Below, one piece after another: positions 49,684 to 57,533 of a DNA stretch of 64,000 bases. Source of the stretch: an uncultured virus (IMG/VR IMGVR_UViG_3300025840_000024) (lineage: Duplodnaviria; Heunggongvirae; Uroviricota; Caudoviricetes); IMG/VR virus record IMGVR_UViG_3300025840_000024, one strand, 5' to 3'. The notes under the pieces were generated by a model, which was not told the DNA's origin, ran no database searches, and saw nothing but the letters and a program-made list of their open reading frames with translations. The translations under genes were made by a program, and so were the position numbers. Within the stretch, counting starts at the first letter, position 1. Every line of letters begins with the position of its first letter.

Positions 49684-49958
49684 TGTTTCTTCTAACCCTC
49701 AAAGACAGAAAAGATGACGGAGCATATGCCGTCCACAATAATTTGGGAGAAAAAGTTCTGTTTCTTTTTGAGGAAGAAGATGATGCCACTCGTTATGCTT
49801 TAATGCTTGAGGATGATGAAGATAAGGAAATGGAAGTCGTAGAAGTCGATGACGAACTTGCCATAAAAACTTGCATATTGTATAATTACAAGTATGCGGT
49901 GATTACACCAAATGATATTGTGATACCACCTAAGAATGATAACCTTCAAGAAGATTAA
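49683..49958 (+). CDS. hypothetical acidic protein
   Basis: Coupled between gp47 and gp46; LFLFEEEDDATRYA. Confidence 0.8.
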   Translation: MFLLTLKDRKDDGAYAVHNNLGEKVLFLFEEEDDATRYALMLEDDEDKEMEVVEVDDELAIKTCILYNYKYAVITPNDIVIPPKNDNLQED

Positions 49959-51645
49959 ATGGAAAAATTTTCTCTCAACTGGAAATCACTGGACAGAGAT
50001 TGATTTTAAAAAGAGTCCTACAAACCTAATCATTGGAACAAATGGTGCGGGCAAGTCTACTATGTTGGATGCACTTACATTTGTTCTGTTCAACAAGGCG
50101 TTTAGAAAAATAAATAAAAACCAACTTATCAATACAACAAATGAAAGAGATTGTCTTGTAGAAATTGAGTTTATTGTAAACAATAAGGAATACTTAGTTC
50201 GTCGTGGAATCAAACCAAATGTGTTTGATATTGAAGTCAACGGAGTTGCTCTTCATAAAGAGGCAGATGATCGTGCTAATCAACGCATTCTTGAAGAGAA
50301 CATTCTAAAAGTAAACTACAAATCATTTACTCAAATTGTGATTTTGGGTAGTAGCAATTTTGTTCCCTTCATGCAGTTGAATAGTACAAATCGTCGAGAG
50401 GTTATTGAAGATCTCTTGGATATTCGCATATTCTCCGCAATGAATAATTTGCTCAAGGATAAGATGAGAAATCTTAAGGAGCAGATTAAGTCACTTGATT
50501 TGAGGAAAGAAAACTTAAAAGATAAAGTCAAGATGCAGAAAGACTTTATTGAAGAACTTGAGAATCGCGGAAATGCTAATATAAATGCCAACAAAGAAAA
50601 GATTATCAAGTTAGATGGAGAAGTTGGCATTTATATTGAGGAGAATTCGGGAACAGAAGAGACTATTCATAGTCTCACAAAAGAACAGGAAGAAGTTATT
50701 GGTGCGGGTGACAAGTTAGTAAAACTAAACAATCTCAAAGGTAAATTGTCTCAAAAGGTAGGTACAATTACCAAAGAACACATGTTTTTTACCGAAAATT
50801 CGGTATGCCCTACATGCACTCAGGATATAGAAGAAGAGTTTCGATTAAATAGAATTACAGACGCTCAAAATAAAGCAAAGGAGCTTCAACAAGGATACAA
50901 AGAACTTGAAGAAGCAATTAAAGTTGAAAAGGAGAGAGAGCGTCAATTCATTGCACTTTCAAAGGAGATTACTGAACTCAATAATGGCATTTCTCAAAAC
51001 AATACTCGGATTAGTTTCAATCAGAGACAAATCAGAGATCTTGAACATGAAATTCAAACTATTACCAATCAGTTACAAAACCGAAATACTGAACATGAGA
51101 AATTAGATGAGTTTCAAGAAGGTCTTCAAAAAACGTTTGAAGACCTGAGTAATAAGAAGGAGCAAATGCTAAACTATGAGTTCTCTTATTCCCTCCTTAA
51201 AGATGATGGAGTCAAGACTAAAATCATTAAAAAGTATTTGCCCTTCATTAATCAACAGGTTAATCGATATTTGCAGTTGATGGATTTTTACATCAACTTT
51301 TATCTTGATGAAGAGTTCAATGAAACTATAAAATCTCCTATTCATGAGGATTTTTCATATTCTTCATTCAGCGAAGGTGAAAAGATGCGTATTGATCTTG
51401 CGCTACTTTTTACTTGGCGGGAAGTTGCCAGATTGAAGAATTCTGTAAATACAAACCTTCTTATTATGGATGAAGTTTTTGACTCATCTTTGGATGGATT
51501 TGGAACAGATGAGTTTCTCAAAATTATTCGCTTTGTCATCAAAGACGCAAATATATTTGTCATCTCTCATAAGACGGGATTGGAAGATAAGTTTGGGGAA
51601 GTAATTCGATTTGACAAAGTGAAAGGATTCAGTAGAATGATCTAA
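49936..51645 (+). CDS. gp46: recombination endonuclease subunit gp46 (Rad50/SbcC-like)
   Basis: GTNGAGKST; zinc hook CPTC; FSEGEK signature; LLIMDEVFD; ISH. Confidence 0.98.
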   Translation: MITFKKIKWKNFLSTGNHWTEIDFKKSPTNLIIGTNGAGKSTMLDALTFVLFNKAFRKINKNQLINTTNERDCLVEIEFIVNNKEYLVRRGIKPNVFDIEVNGVALHKEADDRANQRILEENILKVNYKSFTQIVILGSSNFVPFMQLNSTNRREVIEDLLDIRIFSAMNNLLKDKMRNLKEQIKSLDLRKENLKDKVKMQKDFIEELENRGNANINANKEKIIKLDGEVGIYIEENSGTEETIHSLTKEQEEVIGAGDKLVKLNNLKGKLSQKVGTITKEHMFFTENSVCPTCTQDIEEEFRLNRITDAQNKAKELQQGYKELEEAIKVEKERERQFIALSKEITELNNGISQNNTRISFNQRQIRDLEHEIQTITNQLQNRNTEHEKLDEFQEGLQKTFEDLSNKKEQMLNYEFSYSLLKDDGVKTKIIKKYLPFINQQVNRYLQLMDFYINFYLDEEFNETIKSPIHEDFSYSSFSEGEKMRIDLALLFTWREVARLKNSVNTNLLIMDEVFDSSLDGFGTDEFLKIIRFVIKDANIFVISHKTGLEDKFGEVIRFDKVKGFSRMI

Positions 51646-51675
51646 ATACCATTAGTACTATGGACATTTTTAATT

Positions 51676-51873
51676 ATGGGATACATACCTTATTCGCCTG
51701 AATGGCATAGATATCGTTATCTCAAGGAATCGATAGGTAAATATCTAGATGATGGCATAGAACCTACTTCTATCATGAATGATATTAGGCATATACTTCA
51801 TGTAAGATCTGAAGTTGCTTATCAGGAGTTCAATAGAATCAATCAACTAGAGCACCATCTTTCGGAAGAATAA
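51676..51873 (+). CDS. hypothetical protein
   Basis: 65-aa ORF; TCTAAATA at 51641-51648 upstream. Confidence 0.7.
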   Translation: MGYIPYSPEWHRYRYLKESIGKYLDDGIEPTSIMNDIRHILHVRSEVAYQEFNRINQLEHHLSEE

Positions 51874-51874
51874 T

Positions 51875-52189
51875 ATGCTTTCCACCCAATACAGACTTCG
51901 GTTAGAGTTTATTTGTAAGTGCATCGCAAATAAACAGGAAGTCAAACTAGAAGATATGATATGGGCAGAAAAACTTGCAAAAGCAAATACTTCTGCCAGA
52001 GAAATGTTAAACAAAGCCCGTCGTCATGCTGCTCATGATATTGAGGAGGGTAGTATGGATGATTTTATGAATAGGATGGGATTAGGAGACCCCGACCCAT
52101 CCAATTACAAAACGGGGTTTAATGGTGCTGATGATATTCATGATTGGTTTAAGCAAGACCGCAGTGATGATTGGAGACAGCGTGATTAA
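51875..52189 (+). CDS. hypothetical protein
   Basis: 104-aa ORF, MLSTQYRLRLEFIC...DWRQRD. Confidence 0.8.
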   Translation: MLSTQYRLRLEFICKCIANKQEVKLEDMIWAEKLAKANTSAREMLNKARRHAAHDIEEGSMDDFMNRMGLGDPDPSNYKTGFNGADDIHDWFKQDRSDDWRQRD

Positions 52190-52340
52190 AAGTTAAGAGA
52201 TTTTGAGTTAAGTTAAAAAAACATATAACTTCATTAAAAACGAGAAATGTTTTGAAATCCGCACTATATACGATAGAATAAAGAGGTAATCAAAATGATC
52301 TGAAATTTTTTGATTATGTTATTCTATGTGCGTGGAGGAT

Positions 52341-52514
52341 ATGATGCACAATCTAATTTCATATAATCAACTTGCGGGTTGGAAACACTTTGAAGAAACG
52401 GTTGATGAATGTAATGAGCAACTGGATAAAATTAATGATTATTTTAATTGTTTAATTGAATGTGACGAAAATAAAGGAGTATGTCAACGTATCTGTGTAG
52501 AGTTGCTTAAATAA
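52341..52514 (+). CDS. small Cys-containing hypothetical protein
   Basis: GGAGG RBS at 52334-52338 favours a start at 52341 or 52344; DYFNCLIECDE...C...C. Confidence 0.75.
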   Translation: MMHNLISYNQLAGWKHFEETVDECNEQLDKINDYFNCLIECDENKGVCQRICVELLK

Positions 52515-52539
52515 GTCCAGTTTAAAAAGTGTCCACCTG

Positions 52540-52565
52540 GGAAGTCTTTTGACTTCCTTTTTTTT
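52540..52565 (+). terminator. Rho-independent terminator
   Basis: GGAAGTC-TTTT-GACTTCC followed by a T run. Confidence 0.88.
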
Positions 52566-52572
52566 ATAAATA
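52565..52572 (+). promoter_or_regulatory. late promoter TATAAATA
   Basis: Exact consensus 20 nt upstream of the ORF at 52593. Confidence 0.85.
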
Positions 52573-52592
52573 ACTAAAAAGTATTTCGTAAG

Positions 52593-53357
52593 ATGGATTC
52601 AAAAGAACTTCACAATCTTCAAGAAGCATATATGGAAGTTGTTGAAAATCAACAGCAACTTGATGAAACTGGTAAGAACGATGCTCGTATAAGAGACAAC
52701 ATTAGGAGATTTAAAGGTAGCACAATAGAATATACTCCACCTAGAAACTGGGATCCAGAAGCAAACAGAGGTCAAGGTGCTACCGTAAGTGCTAAGCAAG
52801 CAGAGAAGCGTCGTCGTAAAGCACTTCGTCAGGAAGAAATGGAAGTTGTTGAAAATCAACAGCAACTTGATGAAACTGGTAAGAACGATGCTCGTATAAG
52901 AGACAACATTAGGAGATTTAAAGGTAGCACAATAGAATATACTCCACCTAGAAACTGGGATCCAGAAGCAAACAGAGGTCAAGGTGCTACCGTAAGTGCT
53001 AAGCAAGCAGAGAAGCGTCGTCGTAAAGCACTTCGTCAGGAAGAAGTAGATCTCTACGACATCATCCTCTCACACCTTCTTGATGAAGGATATGCTGAAA
53101 CAGAAGAAGCAGCAGAAGCAATTATGGTGAATATGAGTGAAGATTGGAGAGAGAGTATTGTTGGAGAAATACTTGATGAAGATTCACGTCGTATGAGCAA
53201 TAAGGAACATACAAAACGTGTAAGATCTAATATTAAGTCTTTCGGAAGTAACTATACTCCTCCTAGCAACTACGATCCTGATGCTAATCGTGGTCAAGGA
53301 GAAGTTCTTACTCGTAAGCAGATTGAGAAGAAACGTCGTAAGGCACTTCGTAACTAA
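52593..53357 (+). CDS. late hypothetical protein with three copies of a basic module
   Basis: 254-aa ORF with its own late promoter and terminator. Confidence 0.85.
   Translation: MDSKELHNLQEAYMEVVENQQQLDETGKNDARIRDNIRRFKGSTIEYTPPRNWDPEANRGQGATVSAKQAEKRRRKALRQEEMEVVENQQQLDETGKNDARIRDNIRRFKGSTIEYTPPRNWDPEANRGQGATVSAKQAEKRRRKALRQEEVDLYDIILSHLLDEGYAETEEAAEAIMVNMSEDWRESIVGEILDEDSRRMSNKEHTKRVRSNIKSFGSNYTPPSNYDPDANRGQGEVLTRKQIEKKRRKALRN
52632..53045 (+). repeat. exact 2 x 207-bp in-frame tandem duplication
   Basis: Copies at 52632-52838 and 52839-53045 read identical. Confidence 0.95.
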
Positions 53358-53384
53358 GAAGACAACTTTCCAAAACTGGCATAC

Positions 53385-53412
53385 AAGAGGGTCTCACCAC
53401 CCTCTTTTTTTT
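53385..53412 (+). terminator. Rho-independent terminator
   Basis: AAGAGGGT-CTCACC-ACCCTCTT plus T run, followed directly by TATAAT at 53414-53419. Confidence 0.88.
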
Positions 53413-53440
53413 GTATAATAGGTCCATACGCAACGGATCA

Positions 53441-55519
53441 ATGGCAGTCAATCACGAAATCAAGTCTCAACTTGCCAAACTTCTTGCCACCGAAGATCTT
53501 GTGGTTGAGCACAAGAAAGTAGAGACTGCTTGTTTTAATGTTCACACTCGCGTTCTAACGCTTCCTATGTGGGAGAAAGCGAGTTCGACTGTGTATGATA
53601 TGCTTGTCGGTCATGAGGTAGGTCATGCCCTCTATACGCCTGATGAGGACTGGACAAAGCAATGCAAAGCACCTCCGCAGTTTGTGAATGTGGTAGAGGA
53701 TGTTCGCATCGAAAAACTGATGAAGCGTCGTTATATGGGTCTTGCCAAGACTTTCTATAAAGGATATAAAGAACTTTCTGACCAAGACTTCTTCTGTCTT
53801 GAAGGTGAAGATCTTGAGAAGATGAATCTTGCCGATCGTATCAATCTTCACTTCAAGATTGGAAATTTTATTAATGTTAAGTTTACGGAGATTGAAAAAG
53901 CAATAGTTCGTATGGTCGAAGGTTGTGAAGATTTTGAGGATGTTCTTATAGCAGCAGAGGCTCTTTATAATTACTGTAAGAAACAGATTCCCAAGACTGA
54001 TCAGCATCAGCAACAAGAAACTCATACTGATGAAACACAGACTGGTGAGAATGATCAACCAGATATGACAGAGAGTGATGGTCCTACCGAAGGTGGTGGA
54101 AATGTTGAGCAGAAAAAAGAAGATAACAAAGAAGCATCAAATCCAGATCCAGAAGTTGAAACCATGAAGTCCCTTGAAAAGGGTCTCAAAAACCTGGTGG
54201 ATATGTTTAGTCGTGAGAGTAATTATATTGAAATTCCTAAACTTGATTTAAAAAAATGTGTTATTCCAAATTCAGAAATTCATGAGTTAATCAATAATCA
54301 TTGGGATGACGCTACTCCTGATCTTGATTTATTTGGGGATGTCGATAGCAAATATAAAGAGTTCAAACGCTCTGCTCAAAAGGAGGTGAATTATCTTGTC
54401 AAAGAATTTGAATGTCGAAAATCTGCTGATAGTTATGCTCGTGCCACTACTAGCCGTACTGGAGTCTTAGATTGCTCTAACCTTCACACTTACCGATATA
54501 ACGAAGACCTGTTCAAAAAAGTAACTACCTTTGCAGATGGTAAGAATCATGGTCTTATCTTCATTCTGGATTGGTCTGGTTCAATGCAGTATGTCTTGGA
54601 AGATACTATCAAACAACTCTTTAATCTTATTTGGTTCTGTCGTAAAGTAAATATTCCTTTTGATGTTTATGCCTTTACTTCCGAATATCCTTATGTTGTT
54701 CATGATGAGAATGGTGTGGCAAATATTCGCGAACGTGCCTATGAAAAAAAGAATGGAGTAATTGCTGTTGGTGAGTGGTTTTCACTTATGAATATTCTTA
54801 CCAGTAATGTCAATGCCAAGACATTGGAAGAGAGTATGCTCAATATCTATCGTATTGTTCATTCTTTTGCTCACTATTGTAATTATTCTATTCCGAGTGG
54901 TATGCATCTTTCTGGCACTCCTTTAAATGAAACACTGATTGCTCTTCATCAAATTATTCCTCAATTTAAGAAGCAACATTCTCTTCAAAAAGTTCAGTGT
55001 GTAATTCTTACCGATGGCGAGGCAAATCCTTTGAAGTTTCATAAGGAAGTTTCTCGTTATGACAAACCTTACCTGGGTTGCATTTATGTTGGAGAAGATT
55101 GTTTCCTTCGTGATCGTAAATTGGGCACAACTTATACGCTTACTAATCGATATGATGAGTTTACGGGTGTGCTTCTTCGCAATCTTCGTGACAATTTCAA
55201 AGACACTAACTTTATTGGTATTCGTGTGCTAAATAATGGTTCTGATGCTGGAACATTCATTCGTCGCCATTGTCAAACAAGTCCAGAACTTTTGGAAAAT
55301 ACTATGAAAGACTGGAGAAAAGAAAAGACATTTGTACTCAAGAATGCCGGTTATCATAGCTACTTTGCCCTTTCTTCTTCTGTAATGTCAAGTTCTTCTG
55401 AATTTGATGTTGAAGAAGATGCTACCAAAACTCAAATCAAAAAAGCATTTGTCAAGAGCTTGAAGGGCAAAAAAATGAATAAAAAAATCCTTTCAGAATT
55501 TATCAATCTAGTTGTATGA
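53441..55519 (+). CDS. CobT-like protein: N-terminal HEXXH metallopeptidase-like domain and C-terminal vWA domain
   Basis: HEVGH...NVVEDVRIE; MIDAS DWSGS, SGTPL, LTDGE; ATG at 53441 lies downstream of TATAAT. Confidence 0.88.
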   Translation: MAVNHEIKSQLAKLLATEDLVVEHKKVETACFNVHTRVLTLPMWEKASSTVYDMLVGHEVGHALYTPDEDWTKQCKAPPQFVNVVEDVRIEKLMKRRYMGLAKTFYKGYKELSDQDFFCLEGEDLEKMNLADRINLHFKIGNFINVKFTEIEKAIVRMVEGCEDFEDVLIAAEALYNYCKKQIPKTDQHQQQETHTDETQTGENDQPDMTESDGPTEGGGNVEQKKEDNKEASNPDPEVETMKSLEKGLKNLVDMFSRESNYIEIPKLDLKKCVIPNSEIHELINNHWDDATPDLDLFGDVDSKYKEFKRSAQKEVNYLVKEFECRKSADSYARATTSRTGVLDCSNLHTYRYNEDLFKKVTTFADGKNHGLIFILDWSGSMQYVLEDTIKQLFNLIWFCRKVNIPFDVYAFTSEYPYVVHDENGVANIRERAYEKKNGVIAVGEWFSLMNILTSNVNAKTLEESMLNIYRIVHSFAHYCNYSIPSGMHLSGTPLNETLIALHQIIPQFKKQHSLQKVQCVILTDGEANPLKFHKEVSRYDKPYLGCIYVGEDCFLRDRKLGTTYTLTNRYDEFTGVLLRNLRDNFKDTNFIGIRVLNNGSDAGTFIRRHCQTSPELLENTMKDWRKEKTFVLKNAGYHSYFALSSSVMSSSSEFDVEEDATKTQIKKAFVKSLKGKKMNKKILSEFINLVV

Positions 55520-55707
55520 ATAAAAATTTTCCTCTTCAACACGTAGTTGTAGAAGAAACAAAAGAAGTATTGATTGTTGTCAATAGTGCCATCACCGCTA
55601 TGGGTGTTGGTGCTATTGCTAAGCAATATTTTCCGGGATATAATCTCAAGATTATTTCTAAAGAGTATTTCCTAAATAAGAGAGAAGAATTGTATTTGAG
55701 AAAATGA
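55516..55707 (+). CDS. hypothetical protein
   Basis: 63-aa ORF with ATGA overlap. Confidence 0.7.
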   Translation: MNKNFPLQHVVVEETKEVLIVVNSAITAMGVGAIAKQYFPGYNLKIISKEYFLNKREELYLRK

Positions 55708-55877
55708 GTAGATTTGGAGATTTGATCAGAGGTAAAAGCGCTCCTGCTCCAACACCTGTTGTAGAAGAAGCACCTGCTCCCGTAGTAGAAGAAGCACCTG
55801 CTCCCGTAGTAGAAGAAGCGCCTGTAGTAGAAGAAGCACCTGCTCCGACTAGATCTAAAAGAAGAAGTAGGAAATGA
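55704..55877 (+). CDS. 57-aa Pro/Ala/Val/Glu repeat peptide with basic tail; not in the ORF track
   Basis: MSRFGDLIRGKSAPAPTPVVEEAPAPVVEEAPAPVVEEAPVVEEAPAPTRSKRRSRK*; ATGA overlap; CCTAAATA at 55671-55678. Confidence 0.75.
   Translation: MSRFGDLIRGKSAPAPTPVVEEAPAPVVEEAPAPVVEEAPVVEEAPAPTRSKRRSRK
55761..55846 (+). repeat. 24/18-bp tandem repeats encoding VEEAPAPV
   Basis: GTAGAAGAAGC units at 55761, 55785, 55809 and 55827. Confidence 0.9.
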
Positions 55878-55883
55878 TAGGTA

Positions 55884-55940
55884 GGACAGTTTCTAAACCG
55901 TCCACTCTGCCCTCACTCTGCCCCGACTCTGCCCTATAAT
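55884..55940 (+). promoter_or_regulatory. cobS promoter region: inverted repeat, 3 x ACTCTGCCC, then TATAAT
   Basis: GGACAGTTT-CT-AAACCGTCC; ACTCTGCCC at 55904, 55915 and 55926; TATAAT at 55935-55940. Confidence 0.75.
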
Positions 55941-55969
55941 AACTTCAGTTGAAACAACCAACCTACATC

Positions 55970-57061
55970 ATGTCTCTTTCCGCAGATTACATCCGCACCT
56001 CTTTGCAGTCTCTATATGGTGAGTCTGTGGCAAGCGGCGATATCCGTGCCTGGTGTGCCATGAACGGTGCCAACTATCAAACCGTGACCAACAAATTGTC
56101 TCAATATAAGGTTGGTCGCGGTAAGTGGAATCTTGAAGTCACTCCTCAAAAGGTAGAAGAGATTGAGCGCAACTATCAGGCACCTGCCGCTCTTCCTGCC
56201 GTTGAACAAAACCTCATTCCTGAAAAAGATGACACTTTCGTCCGCTTTGGCAACTTTGGTGATATTAAAAAGATTATTCAATCCCGCCTTTTCTACCCAA
56301 CGTTTATTACTGGACTATCTGGAAATGGTAAAACGTTCAGCGTAGAACAAGCTTGTTCTCAACTTGGTCGTGAGTTGATTCGTGTAAATATTACTATTGA
56401 GACTGATGAAGACGATCTTATTGGTGGTTTCCGTCTTATCGATGGGGCAACTGTTTGGCATAACGGACCTGTCGTGGAAGCACTCCAACGAGGAGCAATC
56501 TTGCTACTCGATGAAATTGACCTTGCTAGCAATAAAATCCTCTGCCTTCAGTCCATTCTTGAAGGTAAAGGTGTGTTTCTGAAAAAAATTGGTAAGTTTA
56601 TCAATCCAACAAAGGGGTTCAATGTTATTGCGACTGCAAATACTAAAGGTAAAGGCAGCGATGACGGTCGCTTTATTGGAACCAATGTGCTCAATGAGGC
56701 ATTCTTGGAGCGATTCCCTGTCACCTTCGAACAAGAATATCCTTCCCCTGCTATCGAACAAAAGATTCTTGAAGGTATTGCCTTAGATCTTGGTGTTGAA
56801 GATCGTGATTTCTGTAAGCGTCTTGTCGATTGGGCAGATATTATCCGCAAGACCTTCTATGATGGGGGTATTGAGGAAATCATTTCCACTCGCCGTCTTG
56901 TTCACATCATTCGTGCTTACAGCATCTTTGCCGATAAAGCGAAGGCAATTCAAGTTTGTGTGAATCGTTTTGACGATGAGACCAAGCAAGCATTCTTGGA
57001 ACTTTATGACAAGGTGGATGTTGATTTCCAAATGCCCGTTGACAACCAGGAGCAAAATTGA
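55970..57061 (+). CDS. cobS: CobS-like MoxR-family AAA+ ATPase
   Basis: GLSGNGKT Walker A; LLLDEID Walker B; ATANTKG; LNEAFLERF; ISTRRL. Confidence 0.92.
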   Translation: MSLSADYIRTSLQSLYGESVASGDIRAWCAMNGANYQTVTNKLSQYKVGRGKWNLEVTPQKVEEIERNYQAPAALPAVEQNLIPEKDDTFVRFGNFGDIKKIIQSRLFYPTFITGLSGNGKTFSVEQACSQLGRELIRVNITIETDEDDLIGGFRLIDGATVWHNGPVVEALQRGAILLLDEIDLASNKILCLQSILEGKGVFLKKIGKFINPTKGFNVIATANTKGKGSDDGRFIGTNVLNEAFLERFPVTFEQEYPSPAIEQKILEGIALDLGVEDRDFCKRLVDWADIIRKTFYDGGIEEIISTRRLVHIIRAYSIFADKAKAIQVCVNRFDDETKQAFLELYDKVDVDFQMPVDNQEQN

Positions 57062-57067
57062 TAGAAT
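57039..57067 (+). promoter_or_regulatory. sigma70-type promoter for the replication block
   Basis: TTGACA-N17-TAGAAT with extended -10 TG, overlapping the cobS stop. Confidence 0.8.
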
Positions 57068-57533
57068 GATTAACGCATGGAGTCTACTTTACGATGAGGT
57101 TTTGAAAATGAAAACAGATCACTATTTGGATAAAATTCCTGAAATACATATTGACTTTGCCGAAGCTTTTAAAGATGTTGATATTGATGTAAATTTGGAT
57201 ACGATTACTGGAGCAACAATGGCAGACCTTAAAAACGACAATGGGTTTTGGAAATATGAAGAAGATAAAACTCTAAAAGAAATTAAAGATTATCTATCTG
57301 GCACTTATAAATCTCACTATACTTCTCAAGAGTCGAAGACACAAACTCTTGATTTGATTGAGAGTATTGGGGATGCCGAAGCATTTTGTCGATCTAATGC
57401 TATCAAATACCTCTCGCGTTTTGGTAAGAAGAATGGTAAGTCAAAACTTGACATTCTGAAAGCAATTCACTATTGTGTTCTTCTCTATCATTTTTCTGGT
57501 CTTCACAAGCAAACCAGCTCTTACCCACAATGA
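57066..57533 (+). CDS. hypothetical protein, DUF3310-like; start uncertain (57066, 57108 or 57219)
   Basis: TYKSHY...QTLDLIE.IGDAEAFCRSNAIKYLSRFGKKNG....DILKAIHY. Confidence 0.75.
   Translation: MINAWSLLYDEVLKMKTDHYLDKIPEIHIDFAEAFKDVDIDVNLDTITGATMADLKNDNGFWKYEEDKTLKEIKDYLSGTYKSHYTSQESKTQTLDLIESIGDAEAFCRSNAIKYLSRFGKKNGKSKLDILKAIHYCVLLYHFSGLHKQTSSYPQ

Noticed and set aside
31991..51645. Introns or inteins in gp17, gp20, gp23, uvsW or gp46
   Set aside because: All are uninterrupted ORFs of typical length with no intein terminal motifs seen
52186..52240. TTAA-rich intergenic stretch as a pho box
   Set aside because: TTAA positions (52186, 52193, 52208, 52213, 52234) lack a clean 11-bp period, and the region is very AT-rich
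52632..53357. Repeat pair as the template/variable repeat of a diversity-generating retroelement
   Set aside because: Two copies are identical and the third differs at all base types with an indel; no reverse transcriptase in the window
55761..55846. Short tandem repeats as a CRISPR-like array
   Set aside because: No unique spacers; unit lengths are multiples of 3 inside an ORF
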